DNA of 49,737 bases, counting the filler, from Catajapyx aquilonaris (lineage: Eukaryota): assembly GCA_000934665.2 (NCBI GenBank). It is 3 parts of 3 records of this genome, joined end to end, with 100 filler letters (N's around TTAATTAATTAA, not from the genome) between each part and the next. Parts side by side here need not be neighbours in the genome. Positions count along the whole stretch, not along the records: positions 33,229 to 49,737 come from JYFJ02007180.1; 2 more parts are not named here. One strand, written 5' to 3'. The notes under the pieces were generated by a model. The model ran no database searches. It was given only the letters and a program-made list of their open reading frames with translations, and was not told the DNA's origin. Shown here one piece after another: positions 34,453 through 44,996 of this stretch (its first letter is position 1; each line of letters opens with the position of its first letter). A program made the translations under genes and the position numbers.

Positions 34453-35849
34453 GTCAGTATGTTGTCAAAATGAAGCAAATATGACTACTTTTGCACATAC
34501 ACACACATACAGTAGACTAGACCATACAAGAATGCTGTTGTGCGTGTACATCTGCTTGTGAGAGGCTCAATTTCCTTCCGATGGCAAAGTTTACAGATGA
34601 ACAATTTATAATCCAAACAACAAAGCACATAGTTATGGGACCAGATTATCAGCAGTTGTGCAACAGAGATAAAAATAAACTATGTTTCTGCCCCCACATT
34701 ACTTCGAGTTAAAGTAAAAGCCATCAGGTCAAATCACATTTACTCAGCTATTGCTCAAACACAGATAGCCACATGTTTGGGACGCAACAATCTTCTGGAA
34801 AATAATAGGATAATCATCCAATATTTGCCAAGTTTAATATTGCGTGATATTCAATTTATTTGCAATTTCCTGGCAATTTAGATCACTCGATTGATTTCAG
34901 TGCCACAAGTTGTGTAAATAATGTGGCTGCCTAATCAATTGGGTCAGGCCTCAGGGTACATCTTTATAAATAAGAATAAACTATGAAGTAGTATGATTTG
35001 GAAGCTCTTCAACGGGAAAGAAAATTGTCAAAAATAAATATACTACTCGTAATAATTAAAAAGCACGAGTGTCTGTTTCTGAGGTGGGTAGGGGGGGGGG
35101 GGGTTGTTTTTAGGTTTATTCTGTCGGGTTAGCTTGCGTCTCTCTTCATCGCTGACTACCCCTCATAGGGAAATGTCGTGATATTGTTGTTGTTGTTGTT
35201 GTAAAAAGCATGATGTTGGCTGCTTATTAATAAATTATTTCTAAAAATATCTTGCCTCAATGCTTGCAACTTTGCCCTATACACACATGTTCATAATAAA
35301 ATATTTTGGCAACAGTAGTTCATTATTGTATGCTGAAAATTTAGACATTAAGTGTCCAGTTAATAATAATTGTAAAAATAGGAATAGTCATGCAGTCTTA
35401 CGTCAGTGGGGAACTACAGTATTGCAATTCACAAGTCAAATTACTGGTGTGAGTTGTACAGTACAACACACACCAGTAATATTTGACTTGTACTGTACAA
35501 CACCTGACATCAGAGTGAATTCCAAGCATACCCTGATGTCACACGCAGTTTTACTGTATATCATTATCCATCCTCCTAATTATGCCCCAAATTATCTTCT
35601 ATCATAGGCCTACTCTACACTTTCAGGGCAAATCATTGGTATATTGCAGTAATTAGGGTATAGGTTTGGAAGTGCGAGCCAAAATACGCACCATAATAAA
35701 ATTTTATACAATATACGTATTATGCAGGGATGCAGCAGGTCAAATGTCATCAAATTACTCCCATTGCATTCCCAGTTTGGGATATTAAATATTACTGTTT
35801 CTCCAATAACCATAATACAAGCGCATTCATATTATCCACTCCCAGAATA

Positions 35850-38736
35850 TTACTTCAAGAAAGGGTAAGCATGCATATGCCTTGACCTTTTTTCAGACAA
35901 CCTGACTGTAACCAACTCGATGAGTAGCGCGAAACACGAGATGATGAGTCCCAGCATCCAGACGACTACAATAGTCTCCAGTTGATCGATTCTGAAGGCC
36001 TCCACTGTAGAGGACACTAATTTCACCCCCAGCTGTCGCATCCTGGAATAATGCTTGATCATCTTGAACGCATTTGTTATCTTCTCTCGCCTCATGGACA
36101 GGCCTCCTTCCCTAGCATAATCTAAGAGTCGGTGTGCACGTTTTGCAATCACATCGTCCCTGGGACTAGCTGGTGCCGTGAATGAGTTGAAGTACTGCTC
36201 AGGTGACCACCTGACCATGGGCTGACCATCGTAGTCCATGAAGTACACGCTCTCTCTGTGGTAGAGGTAATCGGCCAACACACAGGCGAAATCCTCGTGT
36301 ACGGCCTTTTCCAAGCACTGGTGGAAACTGGTTGTGGTCTCACTCCTGTCATACAGATCTTGAAACATTTGTATCCCAGCTTTGGCCACTCCAAAGCCAA
36401 TAAACACCCTGAGGATCATGCCTGTTCCCAGAGGCATCATCGAAGCATGCAGCTCTTGAAAGGTGTTGGGAAGGACCTCAGTTTCTGGCCAGGTCAAAAA
36501 AGCCACAATCTTTGCCTTGTAGCCACAAACCATAACCAGAGCAAAGACTAGTATGGTGACATAAAATACTCTTACAGACATGTACTGGCCAGGAGATGCG
36601 CATTGCTCCACAAGTTCTCTGAGCAGAAGTTTAATCTTAGAGATGTACATCGACATAAAGTGGAGTTGTCCTACCCTTTTCCTGAGTTGTCGCTCCTGTT
36701 TGTCCAGCACTGTCATAGTGTAAGCCGACACTACCAGAGTGACCAGTATGGCCAGCCAGACTCGCCATTCAAACGGCTGGGTGAGAATGTACCACTTGAC
36801 GTCAGGCCTTGGATGTCTGGTGGCAAAGGACAAATGGAAGTAAATGTAAGGTGTAGGCACAACTGTAGCTCTGATTGAATTTTCAGTATAGTACTGGACC
36901 AGTGACCAGTCGATTTGTCCAGAACACAAGGCTGCTGTGAATCCAGAGTATGATCCATTAGGGTAGAAGTCCTCGGGCGTAAATTCAGGCACAACTACTT
37001 TGATGGTTACATTGTACATCTTCTCAACGGCCAAGAGAGATATCTCCTCCATAGACAGGCTGGCCGGGTCATGAGCCAGTTTCCGAGCTCGATCCATGTC
37101 AACTGATTCAAAGTGACCTAGAATCAGCTTGCGACCATGCATGTTCAGGTTCGGGATTGGAAAGAACTGATCTGGATTAAGACTCTTGTGCTTTGGGTAC
37201 ATGATTGGTGTGTTGATCTTGTGATCAGCTGCATTGCAATTGTAACATACATTGTGCAGGACCAGCTGTGCAGATTTCTTGTCGTACTGTGACATGATCT
37301 TGTAAGTGATTCCTCTTGTTGGGTTTTGCAGCATGATTGCTTCAGGATTGGATCCGGATCGGACGTGGATCAGGATCGGATCGACCAGGTTGTGAAACCG
37401 AAATGTGGAGGCTGCATGCACCACCAACTGAGACACCTTGCTAGGAGACGTTGCCAGGAGGATGTTGAAGGCGCATTTCCCACCATTCCAGGCATCGCTG
37501 AGCAAGTCCACAGGCATGGTCCGAAACGAGTAGAGGTGTTCCTCTTTCCATATGGTCGGATAATCAGCGTAAGACACATGGAAACTGGCCTGCATGTGAC
37601 CGATGATGACCAGTTGGTACATAATGGACTGGTGGTGGATGATGCCTTGAAGGGTTGTACTCAGAACCTTCTCGTCGGTGTCCAGGTTCATGAAGCAACC
37701 AGGAAAAATATGCTGTTGCAGGTGCTGCGTTATAAAGTCTGCGACTAGCATATCTTCCTCATGCTGCTGTTGCACCAGAACTATCTGTTCAGTGAAGCAA
37801 TGAAGCAGAACCTTGTACAAAAATGGTCGTACAGTATACTGCCCCGCTCTTGCACTTCAGTGTATAAAGCTTGAGATCAACGAATTCACTCCCGTCGCCA
37901 GGAATGGTGGACATCGGCCTTGCGACTCCTGCGCCCATAAGCTATACATAGGGATTGCAGTGTAAAACAGCTGTAACTCGGTTAATTTTGATCGAATTAA
38001 TTTTATTTTTCAATGTGTATGAAGGTAATAGACTCCTGCATACCCTGGCGACTCTAAAAAATTAATATTGCAATTATGTTTGGGAGATAATGGTGTCTCA
38101 TTCCGCTTATGAGGTTTTGCGTTGCATTTTGCTCTTGGGCCCGAAAAAGCTACTTTCAATTGAGATATTTCATTGATCTCAAAATGTGTATGAAATATAC
38201 GATGTGTGTGACAAAATGGCTATTCCATATTTAAGATTGGTCCACAAAGTAGTGAGATCATGGTGTCTCTTTCCGTCAGAGAACTCTGGTTCATCCCGTC
38301 CAAATGATCGTCCGCCTCCTATCGGTGGTAATATGAAACACTGGCAGAATGTCCACCATTCCTGGCGACGAACTCCGAGAACAACTGATGAGAAAAGTGC
38401 ACAGCTCAGCAAGGCTATGTTGGAAACAGCTAATGAGCTTATTCCTTATGAAGTTAGTATATAGCCATTACATGCTTTTTGAGAAATAATCTCCACGTTT
38501 CTATAACGGTAATTTTCTGAATCCATAATATGGAAAAACCAACAATTTATAATTCGGGTATAAATCACTATTATTTTTGCCTTCGGTATCATTACGTTAC
38601 AGGTTGTCATGAAGAATGCACATGTAGTTTAATTTTAAAATACCTGCGCTGTAAGTGCATGCTAATATATCATTACAGGCCTTACCGATCTAGAACTGGA
38701 AATAGCCAAGAGCAACGTCAGCAACGTCTCGAGCAT
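35850..38736 (-). CDS. Divergent ionotropic receptor (IR), copy 2; exons 38736-38686 and 37784-35850 (~661 aa)
   Basis: Signal exon MLETLLTLLLAISSSRS|gtaagg. iGluR/IR architecture: S1 (NGSYSGFTAALCSGQIDWS), pre-M1/M1 (LTQPFEWRVWLAILVTL), pore region (LVEQ), M3 (CGYKAKIVAFLTWP, cf. SYTANLAAFLT), S2 (PNTFQEL, EGGL) and terminal TM (IVVVWMLGLIISCFALLIEL). Confidence 0.88.
37892..38371. mobile_element. ~480-bp MITE in intron 1 of IR copy 2
   Basis: 22-bp perfect inverted repeat cgtcgccaggaatggtggacat (37893-37914) / atgtccaccattcctggcgacg (38349-38370). Candidate 4-bp TSD ACTC. Confidence 0.65.
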
Positions 38737-40380
38737 CTTGAACCAAGTGAAGCGAAGATAAGCAAAGTCCATTTATATATATATANATATATATATACCT
38801 TCCAAGAGAGCTATTGCATTTCTACATCTGCATGTGACTGACCTCCAATATGCTTCTAATGGGAAAATTTACTAATGAAAAATGTATAACCAAACATTTG
38901 AGCAAACACTGCGATGGGTCCTGAACACCAACAATAGCATAACGGAGAGATAAGAAGAAGAAACTCATGTTGTGCACTTTCATTACGTGCTCTGTTAATG
39001 GAAAGTCACTCTGGCCAAATCACAATTGCTTGGCTCCTACTCAAACACAGGCACCTGTACGTGTGTATTGAGCAGTAATGTCTGCAAAAATAATTGGAAG
39101 AGCAAACAATATTAGGAATGACTAATGGTGTATGATCTTCCAATTATTGCAAGTTCAGAGAACTCTTGACCTGTCCTTGGCTTACGTGAATAACCTACTG
39201 ATACGACTATGACCGAATGGCATTGGAACAAGTGTAAATAATGTTTACTAATCCATTATTAGGTCAGTTTCTCTGCATGAAAGGTCAAAATTGAGTATTG
39301 TCACAGGTACAAACAGCAACTCCACTTCCTGTCATACTTACTGATATAAATACTTAATTACTATCACGAGCAATCATACTGAGCTAATAATGACAACCAT
39401 CCCACGAAGTAATGAGTCATTTCAGGTCATTTATATTAATGGCAAATTCAAACGATGCAAGAGTGTCTATTACAATCGATGCCACGCATGTTTTGTAGGA
39501 TATGCCCTTGTGATTTCTATTAACAGGACGCACAGTGTAAAGCCGTCAAGGCCAGCTGGCACACCTTATAGCCTATATACAAGTACAACAACGGATTCCT
39601 ATACACGCAAGACTACGACTATAGGCTAGTCTTCAATTACCGACCCACACATGAAATGTAGCGCAATATCATTATCCAACATGCAATCCCATGTAGGTGA
39701 AGTACATTATTAAACTTCTGTTCTGCTTTGTTGCGCAGCATTTTATCACTATATTATAAAGAGCTCACTGTTTTAAATGTGAAATAATCATATCACTGCC
39801 ATTTTATTATGGAACAAAATATTAGTCTTATTACTGGCATATTATTTTGCAGTTGCAGGAAATACAAGGACGGAAAGAAAGTAAGGCTGGAAAAGTTTCT
39901 ATAGTAAAATAAATACGAATTAAAAAGCAAAGTCTGCTTGTTGTGTTTCTCATGAAATCTTGCTTCCATTATTTCCTTTTCAGTCCTACGCACAATCAAA
40001 AATGTAATTGTAATAATATTGATCCGGCAGCGCAGTTTCTTGTCGACAAAAAATGACAGGCGCATACAGTAAAATAATAAAATATTGTTCAGTTAATTCC
40101 TGTTGAAATCTCAATATTTATGCAGACTTATACTTCAGTGTGGAATTAGAGCGTTTAATGATTTTTATTGATGTGGCATCAAAATCCATCGTGTGCATAC
40201 CATGATGGCATGATGTAATGATGCCGTAAATCATACCACACTCCCTAATCATCTTCTACTTTATTCTCTCCACGTTCCAATGAAAACATAGGTACATTAC
40301 AATATTAATGTATAGCTCAAGAAGTATAAGAGCCAAAAGGACGAAAAATACTCTTCACTTGCGTTTGAGTGTCAGCAACA

Positions 40381-42521
40381 ATGTCACTGCAGACAATCTT
40401 CAGTTGTATTGTGCTCATGTATTGCAACCTGTGCATTGGTACAAATACGGTAAGATCACAATTAAATTATATCTGGTTCAAAGTCGCCCAACTTTTAGTC
40501 TTCTACATAGTGGTTCACTTTATAAAAGTTACTGTTGCATAAACATATAACCAATGTATAGTGGCAAAAATTCGAATAAATCCAGTACACTAATTACTTA
40601 TGTACATTTATAGTTCATCTCATCCGTATCCGAAGAGGATGTCCTTGTCGCCGAAGTCGTGTTATATTTGCTACAAATCCAGTACCCAACATGCTTCCTA
40701 AGTGTGGATACGGACCTGACCGACATGAATCCAATCCTGAATATTGTTCAACACCAGCAGAGACTATACCATCCAGTTCTGATTGGACAAACCAAGCCTG
40801 AATTTCACGTGAAATACACCGAATTTCCAACAATATGGAAAGAAGATCAACTCTACTCCTTTCGCACCATGCCTTCTGAACTATTTACTCGCACCTGGCA
40901 TGGAGGAAAGTGCTCTTTGAATTTCATCTTGGCTCAATCCTCGGACAATATACACCGACTCATACTTCACGCTGTCACAACATTTAGATTCCGAAATTTA
41001 ATCGACCCTACTTATATCCATGTCAGATCCAAAACGGATCCTGAAACAATCCTTCTAAAAAATCCTGGAAATGGCATCGCGTACAAGGTTATGTCTCAGT
41101 ACGAACCTGGCTCTAAACAACTGGTTCTAAACAATGTCTGCTATTACTGTCACAGTACAATGCACGAAATAAGTGCGCCGATTCATTACCCTCCAATCAC
41201 TAATTTACATAAAAATATATTTTCAATCCAGCCTGATAATTTACAGGGTTTGAACGTCACTGTTGCTTTCATCGAAGAGATAGACATGAGAGTGGCTCGA
41301 GAAAAGGCTAAAAGATCACTGTCACTTCTGACACACGAAGAACTTTCAATGATCGAGTATGAAATGCGTTACAACGTTACTATTAAAGTTGTAACACCCG
41401 AAATAACAATAGAAGAATTTTATCCCAACGGATCTTACGCAGGATTCACTGCACCACTAGTGTACGGAGGTGCTGATTTGGCTGCAGTCAAATATTTCTC
41501 TGAAAACACATACGCAGCATTAGCTTTTACAGATCCGTCCTATTATTTTCACTATTCTTTCGTGACCAGAAACCCTACAGAGAATGTGAAATATTACGTC
41601 GCTCTGCAACCATACACACGTAAGGCTTGGGCAGCAATATTCTTCACAATAATAATATCCGCAGCAGTTATCCACATGTTTCTTAAGGTGGAGGTCAAAC
41701 TAAATAGGTCAAATCAGCCGAGTTCCCTATTAAAAATAATTACGACTTTATTGAGAGAGTTTGCGGAACAACCGGTTTCACCTGCAGGTTTTGCTTCAGT
41801 CCAGGCGTTTTACACGTACATACTAATTCTCTCTTTTGTTGTAATATGTGGGTACAAATCCAAAATAGTTTCGTTCATAGCTCAACCGGAGCTTGAAGAT
41901 CTTCCGGAATATTTCGACGAATTGCACAGCTCGCGCATGAAAGTTGGGGCCACGTTTCTCATGAAATTGGGAATGGAAATGTTGACCGAGAAGAGTGAAA
42001 GGAATGTGTTGAAGGAACTACTCAAAGAAATAGAAATATCCACAGATTTTAGACACTGTTTCGAAAGGGCCACGAACGAAGATTTTGCCTGCATTTTAGT
42101 CGATTTCTTCTACCGAAAAGAGCGGCCAATGTTTGTGGACGGATCTGGTAACTGCAAATTAAGATGGGCACCAGAAAAAGCACTGAACATGTACATAGGT
42201 CCTGCAGCACCAAGGGATTTGATCGCTTTCGACAGAGGAAAGAAGATGATGGCACGTGACACAGAAGCAGGTCTAAACGAGTATCGCGAACAATTCGTGA
42301 ATCTAATGACATTTTACAGACATTACTCGCAATTCCGAAAAATGTCTTTGGACAAGGTGTTACAACCTCCTGGTGTCAAGGCATTTACAATCCGTCAACT
42401 GTGGCCTGTAATGTTCTTCTGGGGACTTGGACTTGTTGCCTCATGCTTGATGTTTATCATGGAAAAATGCTATTCCAAGTTCAATAAGCGTAAAAAATTT
42501 GTATATTCGTATTTAAAATGA
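40381..42521 (+). CDS. Divergent ionotropic receptor (IR), copy 3; exons 40381-40449 and 40614-42521 (~658 aa)
   Basis: Signal exon MSLQTIFSCIVLMYCNLCIGTNT|gtaaga, phase-0 acceptor catttatAG at 40613. Collinear with copy 2 (PTIWKE..LYSFRTMP, W.GGKC, FYPNGSY.GFTA, LQPYTRKAW, CGYKSKIVSFIAQP, EDFAC, terminal TM VMFFWGLGLVASCLMFIME). Confidence 0.88.
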
Positions 42522-43663
42522 CGTTCTTCCCATCGTAGTTCAATAATGTATGATTGTGCGACCATAAAATTAAAAAATAGACATAGTTGTAGAACTTTGA
42601 CTTTTTTTGTTATTAGTTAACCTCACATGCTTACCACAACAGTCACTTCGAAATCTTCTAATCGATAGCCGCCATGTTGCACAGTAATTTCAATTTTTTG
42701 CAGCTAGCCGATTATGTGATAAAAAATTAATGCAGTCTCTCGCGTCACAAAGCACGTACTTTAAGAATTATGAAACAATGAGAAACTAAAGCTAGCTCGG
42801 CAAATGGCCCATAAAAATATACTGTATGATCATACAAGTTCGCGAAATGTCCTCTCTCAACATGTCTCCTAACAATAAGTCAATATGAATGGTGATTACA
42901 CTAGGACAACAGGCCACTGAAATTAATAATAATGCAGTAAACATTATCGCAACAAGTTTCCGATTACTCAATCCCGCATGAAAAGGTGCTGATGTCAAGT
43001 GAGAGTGTCTGTAAGTGTTGGAGGGCACAGATATCGACATTTTCATTACTTGTTTGACGGCCCAGGTATGTATTCTTTATTGCCATAGTCACGAATACCA
43101 TTCGCTGCAATCATTTTTCTGGCAGAGAAGGACTGTGAACTACCATGAATATTATTCTGTCATTTACAGCTTCTGCCCTTTTAGTCAGCGCCATCTGGTG
43201 TTATCCTGGACCAAGGCCGGATGTAGAGGTGCAGTACATGTTACATTCTACTATCAATCAAACGCGCATGTGTATTTAGACTTTTAGTAGGTTCAAAGTG
43301 AGAAAAGAATTTTCCTACACTTTATTTGGAGAATTTACACAGCACCATGGTTGTTAGTGATAGTAAACTCAAGGCACAGCTACACACTATACAGTCATGC
43401 GATCAATTGAGTCTCGCTGGATTAGCCTATTCCTATTGGGCATAATGAACCTGGTCTAGACCGGAACAAGTTTACTCAATGCTGTCTAAACAACCCATTT
43501 AAATTAACATAATGGGGTCCTGGCTTACATTTTACAATTCCATGTAAAATATCGTCCTACTTTTTAAATTAATTTTCGCGCTTTTTATTTGATAAAATAC
43601 TTATTAGTTTTCGAGCTATAATCGATCAAATATATATTAATTATACGGTATCGTATTGCCCTC

Positions 43664-43940
43664 TGACGTCACTGTTGCTAAACAGATAGGTGCATAGGCA
43701 GGAACACACCCGGGTTGCTTTGTTTCTTTGATTGTTTGCTTTGTTGGCGCGCCTAGAAACTACCGCCAAGTAAAGCAGGCGCACTCTGGGTAACACACAA
43801 CTCAGGGTGCACACAACGAGTTCTGCTATAATATATAATATAATATATAATATATTATAGCAGAACTTTTTGGTGCACCGGTATGCTGACGTCATTGTTG
43901 TTAGGCAGGAGTGGGAATGCGCTTTTTAGGCCACGCCCCC
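43664..43940 (+). promoter_or_regulatory. Candidate promoter region of the astacin gene (two CRE palindromes, GC/KLF box)
   Basis: TGACGTCA at 43664 and 43887, and ccacgcccc at ~43931, about 1 kb upstream of the first recognisable exon. Motif presence only. Confidence 0.3.
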
Positions 43941-44628
43941 TTTCCCCCCACCAATTTGAGAGTGATTTTTAAACCCGCTATAATTTATCGAGGTATGGCA
44001 TTTTGGTGCCGGAAAGTGGTGGAATGCATGTTCACATGTATGGTTGAGGTATTCGTGTACAAATTACCCAAATCCCAGGCCAAGGCTAGGACTCCATTAT
44101 GTCCATTATTTTGCTCTTTGGCTGGAAAGTTGTCTCACACTTGCAGTTACTTTAGCCTACTTACTGACTTATTAGTGTGTGATGTCTCAATAAGTAATAT
44201 CAATTGATTCCTTTCAGGAGCTTGAAGGTACACAAATTGTCCGACAGGATTGGTAAAGTATAGAGAGAGGAGGAAGAAAAAAAAAGCCATTATGTACACG
44301 CCGATAAGTTATGTAGCCCGCATATCTATATTATTCAGTAATATAAAAATATGGCCCATTGTAATATGAAGAGATGAGATGAGAAACCCTATAAGTCAGT
44401 AGAAGTGAATTTTTCAAGAGAGACATAAAACGACCTAAGTTCACGATACCTCTGTTGCGTACAATGGAATTTTCTTTACATAACACACATGCAGAGGCAA
44501 TACTTTCGTCCTGGTTTTAAAAGGTTAAGTGACAATGGATGTATGTAGTGTTTTGTTAAAAGTCGTGGACTTACGGGGTTTATCGTCTCATCACCCTTGA
44601 AGGGATAAATTAAGACCAAAATGCTGTA

Positions 44629-44824
44629 GGGGAGACCGGGGCACAGTGGTCCTTACAGTTTCCACTGCCTGTGAATAGATGCATATATTAGTCATTTATA
44701 ATATTACCAATGAGTACCTCCACCATGCCGGAAAATATTCGGTGTGTACTATGTAGGTATAACAGGAAGTCTTAGAAAAATTCAAAATGTGGAAAAGTGG
44801 ACCACTGTGCCCCCCCGGTCTTCC
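44629..44824. mobile_element. TA-flanked MITE
   Basis: ta|ggggagaccggggcacagtggtcc ... ggaccactgtgcccccccggtcttcc|ta. Confidence 0.75.
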
Positions 44825-44996
44825 TATATTGTAATATGTGAGTGCCACTCTGCTGCAGTGCCATTGTCATCCTTACATTTTTAGAAGCAATAACGCAACC
44901 TGCAGAAACTCATAACAGCAGAACAAAGCCTGTTAGACCCAAACAGAAATGCAGCTTTATATCTGTTGTTTAAAACTAAAGTATGTTCTCTTTCAG

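Noticed and set aside
33761..37748. Duplicated 140-aa + strand ORFs (33761-34183 and 37326-37748)
   Set aside because: They are antisense shadows of the duplicated IR coding exons, with no recognisable domain.
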